Shown: positions 1 through 9,767 of the stretch, piece after piece
How the letters are laid out: each line of letters opens with the position of its first letter
Numbering within the stretch: the stretch's first letter is position 1
Assembly (NCBI GenBank): GCA_963663385.2
Contig: CAXXXD010000004.1
Location: forward strand, 416,001-480,000
Length of the DNA: 64,000 nucleotides
Reading direction: 5' to 3'
Source of the DNA: Oceanispirochaeta sp.
Lineage (GTDB): Bacteria > Spirochaetota > Spirochaetia > DSM-2461
Translations under genes and position numbers: made by a program
The notes under the pieces: model-generated
The model's input: only the letters and a program-made list of their open reading frames with translations
The model's database searches: none
Told to the model about the DNA's origin: nothing

Positions 1-2
1 AC

Positions 3-2231
3 AGAGGTCCCGCCCATCTGGCCATCGGACAGGAATCAGCCTATGTCGGACAGGCTCTGGCCCTTGATACGGATGACTTTATCTTTGGTTCCCACCGTTC
101 TCACGGTGAAATCCTGGCAAAATGTTTTAAAGCCGTTCACGCCATGGAAGAGGGCAGACTGACCTCTGTAATGGAATCCTTTATGGAAGGGGATACTCTG
201 AAGGTCGTTCAGGATCATAATAGCGGCGAAAACGTACGTGATACGGCGGAAAACTTTGTTCTCTACGGAGCCCTGGCAGAAATTTTTGCCCGTAAAGCCG
301 GTTTCAGCCGCGGTCTCGGCGGTTCCATGCATACCTTTTTTGCTCCCTTCGGAAGCATGCCCAACAATGCCATTGTAGGCGGTTCCGGCGATGTTGCTCT
401 GGGTGCGGCTCTTTTCAAAAGGGTAAACAGAAAGAAGGGGATTGTTATTGCCAATATCGGTGACGGATCCCTGGCCTGCGGTCCTGTATGGGAAGGCCTG
501 ATGATGGCCGCTATGGACCAGTACAAGACCCTCTGGGACAAGGACCTGGGCGGTATGCCCCCCTACCTGCTGAATGTTTTCAACAACTTCTACGCCATGG
601 GCGGACAGCCTGTCGGCGAAACCATGGGATTCGGAACAGCCGCCCGTCTGGGGGCCGGTGTGAATCCCGATAATATGCACGCCGAACGGGTGGACGGATT
701 CAATCCCCTGGCCGTAGCGGAAGCCACCGCACGGAAGAAGGATATCCTTCTGAGGGGTGATGGTCCCGCCCTGCTGGATACCATCACCTACCGGCTTTCC
801 GGTCACTCTCCTTCTGATGCTTCCTCCTACAGGAGCAAGGAAGAGATGGATGCCTTTGCGGCTATGGACTGTATCGTTGAGTTCGGAGACTACCTGAAAG
901 CCGGAAAAGTGGCTACCCAGAAAGAGCTGGATGCCATGAAAGAGAAGGTCGTGAACAAGATTGCCACGACCATGAAACTGGCCATTGATGACAGGATCAG
1001 CCCCCATGTGGACGGTCAGTTTATCGAGTCCGTTATGTTCTCCGGCGGCAATGTTCCCAAAATGGAAGAGGGAGAAGCGGAAGTGCTCCAGCCTCTGGAA
1101 GAGAATCCCCGGGTTATACAGCTTAAAAGGAAAGCCCGTTATGCCTTTGATGAAAACGGCAAGAAACTGCCCGCTTCCAAAACCTATGCCTTCCGGGACG
1201 GAATCTTTGAAGCCATGGCCCACCGTTTTACAGAAGACCCCACCATGATTGCCTATGGTGAGGACGTAAGGGACTGGGGCGGCGCCTTTGCCTGTTACAG
1301 AGGCCTGACCGAGCTGCTGCCATACCACAGATTTTTCAACTCACCCATTTCCGAAGCCTCCATTGTGGGCAGTGCGGTCGGATACGCCATGGCCGGCGGC
1401 CGTGCCGTTGTGGAACTGATGTACTGCGACTTCCTGGGCAGAGCGGGAGATGAAGTATTCAACCAGATGCCCAAATGGCAGTCCATGTCGGCCGGCGTTC
1501 TGAAAATGCCTCTGGTCCTTCGTGTGTCCGTGGGAGCCAAATACGGTGCCCAGCACTCTCAGGACTGGTCTGCTCTCTGTGCGCACATCCCGGGACTGAA
1601 GGTCATGTTCCCCGCTACTCCCTACGATGCGAAGGGTATGCTGAACCTGGCTCTGAGAGGAACCGATCCTGTTATCTTCCTGGAAAGCCAGAAAGTGTAT
1701 GGTGAACCGGAAATGTTTGAAAAAGACGGTGTTCCCGAAGGATACTATGAAGTCCCCGAAGGAGAACCGGCTGTCAGAAAAGAGGGTAATGACCTGACGA
1801 TCATGTCTATTGGTGCCACCCTTTATCCCGCGATGGATGCGGCGAAAGAGCTGGAAGAGAAATATGGTCTGTCTGTAGAAGTCATCGATCTCCGCTTCCT
1901 GAACCCTCTGAACTACGAACCTCTGGTGGAATCCATTAAGAAAACAGGGCGTTGTGTGCTGGTTTCCGATGCCACTGAGCGGGGCGCCTTTACCCATAAT
2001 ATCGCTTCCAACCTGACCAGGCTGGCCTTTGATTACCTGGATGCCCCTCCTGTTGTTGTGGGATCCAGAAACTGGATTTCTCCTCCTGCGGAGATGGAAG
2101 AGATCTTCTTTCCCCAGGTTTCCTGGATTGTGGATGCGGTCCACGAACAGGTTATGCCCCTGGCCGGTCACAAGGTAGAAACCGTTCAGACCAACGGCGA
2201 CTGGGTAAGACGGCTCAGAGAAGGTGTTTAA
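3..2231 (+). CDS. Fused 2-oxoacid dehydrogenase E1 alpha/beta (TPP-dependent), 5'-truncated by the window edge
   Basis: The frame is open from base 3 ([11 protein letters not shown]...GSHRSHGE), upstream of the ORF-track Met at 144. It has the GDG TPP-binding motif (IGDGS...NN), YRLSGHS (alpha), and [23 protein letters not shown] (beta). Confidence 0.9.
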   Translation, partial: RGPAHLAIGQESAYVGQALALDTDDFIFGSHRSHGEILAKCFKAVHAMEEGRLTSVMESFMEGDTLKVVQDHNSGENVRDTAENFVLYGALAEIFARKAGFSRGLGGSMHTFFAPFGSMPNNAIVGGSGDVALGAALFKRVNRKKGIVIANIGDGSLACGPVWEGLMMAAMDQYKTLWDKDLGGMPPYLLNVFNNFYAMGGQPVGETMGFGTAARLGAGVNPDNMHAERVDGFNPLAVAEATARKKDILLRGDGPALLDTITYRLSGHSPSDASSYRSKEEMDAFAAMDCIVEFGDYLKAGKVATQKELDAMKEKVVNKIATTMKLAIDDRISPHVDGQFIESVMFSGGNVPKMEEGEAEVLQPLEENPRVIQLKRKARYAFDENGKKLPASKTYAFRDGIFEAMAHRFTEDPTMIAYGEDVRDWGGAFACYRGLTELLPYHRFFNSPISEASIVGSAVGYAMAGGRAVVELMYCDFLGRAGDEVFNQMPKWQSMSAGVLKMPLVLRVSVGAKYGAQHSQDWSALCAHIPGLKVMFPATPYDAKGMLNLALRGTDPVIFLESQKVYGEPEMFEKDGVPEGYYEVPEGEPAVRKEGNDLTIMSIGATLYPAMDAAKELEEKYGLSVEVIDLRFLNPLNYEPLVESIKKTGRCVLVSDATERGAFTHNIASNLTRLAFDYLDAPPVVVGSRNWISPPAEMEEIFFPQVSWIVDAVHEQVMPLAGHKVETVQTNGDWVRRLREGV

Positions 2232-2267
2232 ACAGGAGACATTGCGTTCTTCCTTTGAATAGATTTG

Positions 2268-2316
2268 TGTAGCTTCTGGCCCCGGGGTTCCTCCTTTTCC
2301 CGGGGCCGCTTTTATT
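2268..2316 (+). repeat. 49-bp direct repeat, copy 1; also an intrinsic terminator hairpin (GGCCCCGGG...CCCGGGGCC + T-tract)
   Basis: Identical to 17095-17143; lies downstream of the E1 stop codon. Confidence 0.92.
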
Positions 2317-2350
2317 CGGAATAAGGGTAAATACCCCGAGGTTTTGTCCA

Positions 2351-2388
2351 CGGTCGCATGGGCGAGCAACAAACGAAGTTTTTGGCCA
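2351..2388 (-). repeat. 38-bp structured dispersed repeat, copy A
   Basis: Its reverse complement matches 43624-43661 at 32/38 positions. Confidence 0.75.
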
Positions 2389-2498
2389 GCCTTGTGATAC
2401 AATTGGTTCGAGGATTCTCTTAATTATTAGTTGAGAACTTTATTCTTTCAGTGAACTCTGGTAAAATATATGAAAATTATTTGCATAAAGGCAGAGAA

Positions 2499-3512
2499 AT
2501 GATTACGTTGAAAGATATTGCCGAAGTTGCCGGAGTTTCTATCAGTACTGTTTCCCGTGTTATGAATAATAAAAGTACAATCAGTGAGGATACGAAAAAA
2601 CGCATACTCAGTGCTGCTCAGGAGTTGAAATTCAAGCAGGGGATTGTATCCCAGATAAATACGGAAAGAACATTTACTATTGGTATCATTATTCCGCAAA
2701 AGGGTGAGTATTATCATAACGATCCCCATACATCTCCAGATATACGATCTTTATTGGGAGCCTTTGATCATGCCGGTCATAAGGTCCATATCTTTCATTA
2801 TAATGAGGCTCAGACACAACCGGATTCCTTTATTGGGAAACTTGTTGATAAAGGGGTTGAAGGGATCCTTCTGTCTGATCCTCTGACAGATACCCGTCTG
2901 CCGGATAACCTTATGGCAGCAGCAATTCCTTTTGTTGTTACCAATGGAATCTATGACTCGAATGAGTTTTTTCAGATTGATTTTGATAACTACAATGGAA
3001 TGCGTAAGATATTCTCCCTGGTACTGGAAAAGGGGCATCGGGATATTGGTATAATTTCCGGTCCTCTGGATCATTTGGTTACAAGAAACCGGCTTGATGC
3101 CATTCAGGATGAACTGAATGAACGGGGGATAGGGCTGGACAAATCCTGTTACAGATCTGGTCCATTCAGCCTGGAAAGCGGGTTTGCTCTGGCGGGTGAT
3201 TTACTTAAGGAAAAACCGGATCTGACTGTGCTTGTGTGTTTAAGCGACTATATTGCCATGGGTGCCATTAAATCTGCTCTTGAAATGGGGTATTCGGTTC
3301 CTGATAAATTATCCGTTACGGGGTTTGATGATATTGAGATGGCAAGTTATATGAATCCTCCCCTGACGACGGTTCATCGTTTTGATCCGGATGCGGCTAT
3401 CCTGATAGCTCAAGCCCTGATACAGGCCATCGAGTATGGGGCCTATATCAGTAACGGGAGAGTTCTGCTGAAAACGCCAGTTATTGAGCGGGTTTCGCTG
3501 AAGTCTTACTAA
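2499..3512 (+). CDS. LacI-family transcriptional regulator
   Basis: ITLKDIAEVAGVSISTVSRVMN HTH; C-terminal VPDKLSVTGFDD...PPLTTV. The ATG at 2499 is preferred over the GTG at 2451. Confidence 0.95.
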   Translation: MITLKDIAEVAGVSISTVSRVMNNKSTISEDTKKRILSAAQELKFKQGIVSQINTERTFTIGIIIPQKGEYYHNDPHTSPDIRSLLGAFDHAGHKVHIFHYNEAQTQPDSFIGKLVDKGVEGILLSDPLTDTRLPDNLMAAAIPFVVTNGIYDSNEFFQIDFDNYNGMRKIFSLVLEKGHRDIGIISGPLDHLVTRNRLDAIQDELNERGIGLDKSCYRSGPFSLESGFALAGDLLKEKPDLTVLVCLSDYIAMGAIKSALEMGYSVPDKLSVTGFDDIEMASYMNPPLTTVHRFDPDAAILIAQALIQAIEYGAYISNGRVLLKTPVIERVSLKSY

Positions 3513-3582
3513 GGATCAAGGATAGAGCTGAACAAATAGTTTCTTTTTGTCAAGAATTTTGTTAAATCCATTGAAAAACGAA

Positions 3583-3616
3583 AAAAATACCCGCCTGGCT
3601 GCAGGCGGGTATTTTT
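3583..3616. terminator. Bidirectional intrinsic terminator
   Basis: AAAAATACCCGCCTG-gctg-CAGGCGGGTATTTTT between convergent genes. Confidence 0.85.
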
Positions 3617-3643
3617 CATTTTGAAAGATTATTCATATATTAT

Positions 3644-5062
3644 TTAATAAGCCGCTTCAATATCGTCAATCAGTTTCTTAAGGCCTACTTTATCAGCGCC
3701 TTTAACAAAATCGCTCCAGTCGGAATCGGAGTTGATATCCCTTACACCTGTTACAAACTTGGCAACATTATCCTGAATATAGCTGGCTACTTCAGGTTTA
3801 TACTGTTCAAATACTTCGGAGGCGTATTCCACCAGTCTGGGGTCCTGAATAGCCACTTCATCATCGGCCTTGCTCAATCCTTTTGCCACTGTTGGATGTA
3901 CTTTATCCCAGTTGGGAACGATCTGTCCTATCCATTCCGCCCAGGTATGATCCCCGTGACCGCCTCCGGCGTTATCCCAGCCTTCGGTTCTAGTGGCCAT
4001 GGCCAGAGATTCGGCGCTCTTCATTTCATTCAGGAACTGGAGAGTGTAGTCCTCCCGTCCATTGGCAGAAACAATCCAGGATTTATAGTATCCTGTGGAT
4101 CCTCCCCGGGCAGAGGATTTCGGTCCTCTGGGAGCAAATTCAAAGGTGTCAATCTCTCCGTTCGGATTAGCTTCGTAAAAGCTGGTGGCAATTGTATCGG
4201 CGTGGGGGCTGTTTCCTATCAACATGGCAGATTCACCCTGAACAAACTTCTGGATGGCTGTTACACGGTCCATGGCAAAGATTTCCTGATCAAGGATGTT
4301 GGTCTCATACATGTAGTTGAGCATTCTGATGGAATCCCTGTAATCATCGGACATTTCAACAGCGTTCCAGTTCCCGGAAGCATCAGGTTTGAGACAGGGG
4401 GCATTCCACTGAACCGGCATGGTTCCCGTATAGGCTGACGGGAAGGCTGTAAGGGGGCCCCAGGAGCCATAGGCGGTAAAACCGACGGCGTCATTTTCTG
4501 AGGCTTCCATAAGGGCTTTGGCGAATTCAGTAAAATCCTCCATATCGGGTTTATAGCTGACTCCGGCTTTGTCCGCCCAGTCCTTTCTGTAGAGCCAGTA
4601 CCAACCGTAGGCTTTCATTCTTCTGGCAGGCAGTCTGTAATATCCATCGTCTTCCTTAAAAAAGGTGCCGTAAAGTTTTTCAACTTCCCTGATTTCAGCC
4701 TGCAGGTTGCTCAGGCCCAATCTTTCCGCCCCTTTGCTGATATTGGCGAACAGTCCGCCGTTATACCCGTCGTTATAAGGCTCAACATCTTCTATAAAAA
4801 ACAGGTCGGGAAGATCTCCAGCGGCCATTCTCGTCGCCACAAGATTCCTTTGTTCCGCATTGGGGGCAACATTGTATTTAAGCACGGTCCCGGTTTTCTC
4901 TCCGATTGCATTGGCAAGCTCCATTTCCTGTTCAGAAAGCTCCCACTGGGCCAGGAACTCGATTTCTACCGGACCTTCAGGAATATCCTGCTGTCCGTTG
5001 GCGAATAAACCGGTTGATACGATCAGACTGCTCAGCAGCAAGGATCCCAAAATCTTTTTCAT
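3644..5062 (-). CDS. Carbohydrate ABC transporter extracellular solute-binding protein
   Basis: Signal peptide ending LFANGQQD; MAAGDLPDLF and YRKDW motifs; last gene of the permease operon. Confidence 0.85.
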   Translation of the reverse strand: MKKILGSLLLSSLIVSTGLFANGQQDIPEGPVEIEFLAQWELSEQEMELANAIGEKTGTVLKYNVAPNAEQRNLVATRMAAGDLPDLFFIEDVEPYNDGYNGGLFANISKGAERLGLSNLQAEIREVEKLYGTFFKEDDGYYRLPARRMKAYGWYWLYRKDWADKAGVSYKPDMEDFTEFAKALMEASENDAVGFTAYGSWGPLTAFPSAYTGTMPVQWNAPCLKPDASGNWNAVEMSDDYRDSIRMLNYMYETNILDQEIFAMDRVTAIQKFVQGESAMLIGNSPHADTIATSFYEANPNGEIDTFEFAPRGPKSSARGGSTGYYKSWIVSANGREDYTLQFLNEMKSAESLAMATRTEGWDNAGGGHGDHTWAEWIGQIVPNWDKVHPTVAKGLSKADDEVAIQDPRLVEYASEVFEQYKPEVASYIQDNVAKFVTGVRDINSDSDWSDFVKGADKVGLKKLIDDIEAAY

Positions 5063-5139
5063 ATAAATCCTCCAATTTTTACTGAAACCTCCCGGGAATC
5101 AGCATCATTCAAAATATCCATAACCGTTTAAAACGGAAA

Positions 5140-5994
5140 TTACCCTTTTATGGAGCCGATCAGGGCTCCCTTGATGAAGTACTTCTGCAGGAAGGGGTAT
5201 ACCATGATGATAGGTGTGATCCCTATTGTAATGGCCGTAAATCGTAAAACTGTATCCAGGGGTTTGCTTCCTGTCTGGGCTGCATCGACAGCCAGTTGTT
5301 CCGTAACAAGCAGGCGGTAAAGGTAGTCCTGTATGGTTTTTTTTTCATTGTCTGTTACAAAGAAGACCGACGGCAGCATCAGATTCCAGTAATTTACCGC
5401 TATAAAAAGTCCTACAGCCGCCAGGATGGCTTTGGAGAGGGGCAGTACTATCCTGAAATAGATGGCGTACTCATTCAGGCCGTCAATCCGAGCCGCTTCC
5501 ATCAGCTCCGAAGGGAACATCATGAAGTTACTCCGCAGAATAATGACATAGAAGGGCGCTATAAGGATGACCAGAATAAGAACCATCCTGGTATTGATGA
5601 GCCCCAGCGTCTTGAAATTGATATAGTTCGGTATTAGGCCGGGATAGATGAACATGGTGGCAACAACCAGCACAACAAAGAATTTCTGTCCCGGAAATTT
5701 CTTTGATAAACCATAGGCGGTCATTGTTGTAAAAAAGAGGCTGCAAACAGTACCAATGGCCGTTATATAGATTGTATTGGCCAGATACTTCATGGTATCC
5801 GTTTCCAGAATCATATATTTAAAGTTTTCAAGAGTCGGTCTTTTGGGATAGAACATCAGATTCTTTCCCAGAAACTCGGCTCCCGTCATAAAGGACGCCA
5901 TTACCACATGCCAGAAGGGGTACATCATCACCAGGCATATGAGTATCAGGAGTGAATAGTTGATTGAGTCAAAAAGGGTTACTTTGATTTTCAT
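5140..5994 (-). CDS. Carbohydrate ABC transporter permease
   Basis: EAA loop ELMEAARIDG; C-terminal YPFLQKYFIKGALIGSIKG. Confidence 0.93.
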   Translation of the reverse strand: MKIKVTLFDSINYSLLILICLVMMYPFWHVVMASFMTGAEFLGKNLMFYPKRPTLENFKYMILETDTMKYLANTIYITAIGTVCSLFFTTMTAYGLSKKFPGQKFFVVLVVATMFIYPGLIPNYINFKTLGLINTRMVLILVILIAPFYVIILRSNFMMFPSELMEAARIDGLNEYAIYFRIVLPLSKAILAAVGLFIAVNYWNLMLPSVFFVTDNEKKTIQDYLYRLLVTEQLAVDAAQTGSKPLDTVLRFTAITIGITPIIMVYPFLQKYFIKGALIGSIKG

Positions 5995-6923
5995 TAGAAG
6001 ACTCCTTCCTGTCCGACTTTTTTCGCGGCTCGGTCGGAAACAAAGACAAGAATGAAGGCAATTGCCGAATTGAAAAGTCCTGCCGCTGCCGCAAAGCTGT
6101 AGCGATATTTCACAAGCCCCCTGTACCAGACAAAGTACTGGAGTACCAGTCCCTGATCCTTCAGCAGAGGATTGTATAGAACAAGGATCTGTTCAAATCC
6201 GGTATTGAACATGTTACCCAGTCGGATAATCAGCATGACGATGATGACATGCATAATGCTGGGGATTGTAATGTGACGGATCTGCTCGAGCCGGTTGGCC
6301 CCGTCGATCATGGCACTCTCATAGAGGGCTGGGCTAATGCCGGACATGGTAGCCAGATAGATAATCGTTCCCCATCCGATCTCCTTCCATATGGCGGAAA
6401 TGACCAGAATCCCCCTGAAGAACTTCGGGTCGATAAGAAAACCCACCGGATCAATACCGACCATCCCGAGCAGTTCGTTCACCAGACCTCCCTGAACGGA
6501 GAGAAAGCTTCTCAGTATTCCGCCGATTACGATCCAGGATATAAAGTGGGGAAGATAGACAATCGTCTGAGTCACTTTCTTGAAGGGCATGGATTTCACT
6601 TCATTCAGCATAACCGCCAGAATGATCGGTGCAGGGAACCCGAACAGGATCAGGTAGAAGTTAATAACCAGGGTGTTTTTAACCGCAAGAAGAAAATCCG
6701 GTGATTCGAACAGCTGCCTGAAGTATTTTAAACCCACCCAGGCGCTGTCGCTGACTGCTTTTGTTACTTTATAGTTTCTGAAGGCAACCTGAATAAAGTA
6801 AACCGGAAAATAGCGGATTACAATAAAGTAGATAATTCCCGGTATGATAAAGACGTAATACTCTTTTTTTCTAAGCATTTCATTTATTATTGTCGAACTG
6901 GTTTTTTGTAACGGGTTATTCAA
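5994..6923 (-). CDS. Carbohydrate ABC transporter permease (LplB-like)
   Basis: YLPHFISW, GWGTIIYLA, LYESAMIDGANR motifs. Confidence 0.93.
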   Translation of the reverse strand: MNNPLQKTSSTIINEMLRKKEYYVFIIPGIIYFIVIRYFPVYFIQVAFRNYKVTKAVSDSAWVGLKYFRQLFESPDFLLAVKNTLVINFYLILFGFPAPIILAVMLNEVKSMPFKKVTQTIVYLPHFISWIVIGGILRSFLSVQGGLVNELLGMVGIDPVGFLIDPKFFRGILVISAIWKEIGWGTIIYLATMSGISPALYESAMIDGANRLEQIRHITIPSIMHVIIVMLIIRLGNMFNTGFEQILVLYNPLLKDQGLVLQYFVWYRGLVKYRYSFAAAAGLFNSAIAFILVFVSDRAAKKVGQEGVF

Positions 6924-8275
6924 TTTAAACCTCCCTCAATTCTCTCCAGTTCCAGAAGTAGACAGGAATGGGGTAGGATTGTACTATTTTTTAGATCTGC
7001 CAGAGATTTATATCTTTTGTTCTGCCATATATCAATTACTGAAGCATAATTCTGTTCAGACAGCTCTTTCCGCAGGGCACTCATATCCGGCTGTATGGAA
7101 TAGTCGTCATGAAGATTAAAGAAGGCGGCATACATATTACCGTTTTCACTGTCTTCTGAGAGCCAGATCAGAGATGTGCCATTATTTAAAATCTCTCTGC
7201 TGCCCTGTCCCAACTGATTGATTCTGACTATTTTCCTGTTTGTAACAAGTTTCAGGCTGGTCTCATCAATCTGCGGAAGATCTCCTCCCAGGATAAGGGG
7301 CGAGCGGAACAGAGCCAGAAGAGTCATCAGAACCAGTTTTTCATTATCCGTAAAACGGGAATAACGGGGCTCTCCCTTGGGGCCGCAGAGGGAGAGTCTG
7401 CCGAAGGGGATCATGTCCGCATCTGGCCACCCGTGGGCTTTCCGCAGGGGGGCCCATCCCCGGCAGTAGTAGAACAGCTCTTTCAGGGATCCCCATTCAT
7501 CCCAGAAATCCTGTGTGATACGCCACATATGGCTGTATTTATCAACATGTTCCGCCTGATTGAATGAGGTCGGTCCGCAGGAAAGGCTGAGGATCATATC
7601 TCTTTCTGTATTGGCGCAGGCCCGGCCTATCGCGGCAATTTCTCTGGCGGCATACTGGTCATCCCCTGGGTTCAAACCCGGTTGAGCATGAAGGTAGGTC
7701 AGGTCATCCGCCTTGATAAAGTCCACATCCCAGGATTCATACAGGGTGAAAATAGAGTCGTAGTAGGCCTGGGATCCCTCCTTGTCCATATCCACGCCAT
7801 AGTTGTGGTTCAGCCAACGGCAGTAATTGGCAGGATCGGCGATATCCGCTGCGGTTTTATCGCTTCCCAGAATAGGGCTGTTTCTGTAAACGGCACTCCG
7901 GGGAATGCCCCGCATAATATGGATGCCGAATTTAAGTCCTTTTGAATGAACATAATCTGACAGGGGTTTGAATCCATCTCCCCCGACGGATGAGGGGAAC
8001 CGGCCCGGATCCGGTATCAGCCGTCCGTAATGGTCCATAGCCAGTTCGGGTGTGCTGCTTCCGTCTTCGGCATAAACCAGGTCGGGATTGGCTACCGCAC
8101 CCGGGTCGGGATGACTCCAGCAGAAATCAACGACAGCGTACTCCCATCCAAGAGGTTTAAGCTGTTCTGCCATAAAATCAACATTGGCTTTAAATTGTTC
8201 TTCCGTAACAGAAGAGCCGAATGCATCAAAACTGTTCCATCCCATGGGAGGGACAGGACTGATCATCTTTTTCAT
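6920..8275 (-). CDS. Glycoside hydrolase family 27 (alpha-galactosidase / beta-L-arabinopyranosidase-like)
   Basis: PPMGWNS, YVHSKGLKFGIH, WDVDFIKADD, MWRIT.DFWD and WPDADM motifs. Start chosen at the Met just before PPMGWNS. Confidence 0.9.
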   Translation of the reverse strand: MKKMISPVPPMGWNSFDAFGSSVTEEQFKANVDFMAEQLKPLGWEYAVVDFCWSHPDPGAVANPDLVYAEDGSSTPELAMDHYGRLIPDPGRFPSSVGGDGFKPLSDYVHSKGLKFGIHIMRGIPRSAVYRNSPILGSDKTAADIADPANYCRWLNHNYGVDMDKEGSQAYYDSIFTLYESWDVDFIKADDLTYLHAQPGLNPGDDQYAAREIAAIGRACANTERDMILSLSCGPTSFNQAEHVDKYSHMWRITQDFWDEWGSLKELFYYCRGWAPLRKAHGWPDADMIPFGRLSLCGPKGEPRYSRFTDNEKLVLMTLLALFRSPLILGGDLPQIDETSLKLVTNRKIVRINQLGQGSREILNNGTSLIWLSEDSENGNMYAAFFNLHDDYSIQPDMSALRKELSEQNYASVIDIWQNKRYKSLADLKNSTILPHSCLLLELERIEGGLN

Positions 8276-8467
8276 AATTCTTTCACTTTCCGAATTGTTT
8301 TTTATTATCATGACACGGTGTTTGCAATGTGTAAAGCAAAATATTTGCATAAATATGAAAAATATGGTCATTTTTACTATTTAAATGTTTTATTGTAAGT
8401 ATTTATGCTTTGAATATGTCTGGCTCTCAGGTAACCGATATAAGGTTGGAGAGCTCAAATAATGTGA

Positions 8468-8659
8468 GGAAAAGGTGGTCAAGTTGGGTTATCTCAGAAT
8501 TTTGAAAAGATAATCGATGTGTCTTCCGGTATGTGGTATCCTGTTTCCGAGCCGTACCGGATCAGTTTCCGGGCTTCCTCATCATTGGTGCAGAACCGCC
8601 GTAGAGGTGTTCTGTAAACATTTTCGGAGCAGCTTTGTCAGCTGTGTTTTTCTCTCCAT
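8468..8659 (-). pseudogene. Decayed fragment of a LacI/AraR-type regulator sensor domain
   Basis: The minus strand reads ...STAV[frameshift]FCTNDEEARKLIRYGSETGYHIPEDTSII..stop, with PNLTTF in another frame. Confidence 0.65.
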
Positions 8660-8727
8660 AACCGGGATTGATAGGATAACGTTGATATTCGACTTACTGG
8701 ATCCTTTGAAGATACAAATATGAGTCC

Positions 8728-9618
8728 TTAATCATACAAATACTGATAGCTTTTTCTGTACTGCCCGGGAGACTGGTTGAATCTTTTGCGGAAAACCCGG
8801 CAGAAGTAGTTGAAATCATCATATCCGCATTTTAATCCTACCCGGGAAATGGGAAGCTGGCCGCTCAGGAGTAAACGGACAGCCTTTTCCATTCTCAGGT
8901 TTTCCAGATGTTCCTTGAGGGATATGCCCCGGTATTTTTTAAATTCCCTGGAAAGATGAGAGCGGTGAATACCCAGCTGGTCCGCTATATCCTCCACTGA
9001 AAAGGGCTCATGCATATGGATTGAACAGTATTGAAGGGCAAAAGCTACATTCTCATTAACATTTTCCGGATCGTTTTTTTTCCCCGGTCCGTATTTAATC
9101 GAGATCATCTGCATAAACATTCTGTAGGCGCAGCCGGATAAGAGGAATTCATCTGAGATTTTATTCAGGGAAACATGTGTCAGAATTTCCTTCAAGGATG
9201 GAATGATAACGGGGTAATCTTTCACCGGAAAAATGGGATCCCCATCTGCAAGAAGTCCTGTAATCAATCTCATAAACTCACTGCCCGAAACGCATATATA
9301 GACAAACTCCCAATAGGGGGCATCTTCGGGAAAGTAATAACGATGGTCATGGGGAATTGCTACGAGCATACAGTCTCCCGGAGTCATACGGTATTCCCTG
9401 TCTCCATAGCGGAGGGCTCCCGTCCCTTTCAAAGTTAATTGAAAAACCGCCAGAGGCTTCTCTCCCCGCTCCAAACCATGGAAGGCGTAGCCGGGCCCTG
9501 AGAGAAATTCATGACCGGCATTGGCTACTACCCCGTGCAGGTCGAAGCGCCTGATATATGGTAATACGGGTGTTTTGAAAAATGGCAGGGCTCTGAAACT
9601 CTCCAGACTCTTATACAT
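8728..9618 (-). CDS. AraC-family transcriptional regulator
   Basis: N-terminal cupin; C-terminal HTH SHLSREFKK...CGYDDFNYFCRVFRK...SPGQYR. Confidence 0.95.
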   Translation of the reverse strand: MYKSLESFRALPFFKTPVLPYIRRFDLHGVVANAGHEFLSGPGYAFHGLERGEKPLAVFQLTLKGTGALRYGDREYRMTPGDCMLVAIPHDHRYYFPEDAPYWEFVYICVSGSEFMRLITGLLADGDPIFPVKDYPVIIPSLKEILTHVSLNKISDEFLLSGCAYRMFMQMISIKYGPGKKNDPENVNENVAFALQYCSIHMHEPFSVEDIADQLGIHRSHLSREFKKYRGISLKEHLENLRMEKAVRLLLSGQLPISRVGLKCGYDDFNYFCRVFRKRFNQSPGQYRKSYQYLYD

Positions 9619-9767
9619 GGTTAATTACCATATCACATATGTGCTATATTTGCAATTTTTTCCTATTTCTAAATAAGGAGTTGTGTGAGAACATGTTTTA
9701 TATAGAATAATTCTTTCCTGTAAAATCAGGAAAGAAAGTAACCGGGAAAAAGTAGGAGCGAAAAAAA

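Noticed and set aside
36..1328. 430-aa minus-strand ORF (also 1341-2402)
   Set aside because: Antisense shadow of the E1 gene; no recognisable motifs.
8517..8723. 68-aa plus-strand ORF
   Set aside because: Better explained as antisense to the decayed regulator fragment.
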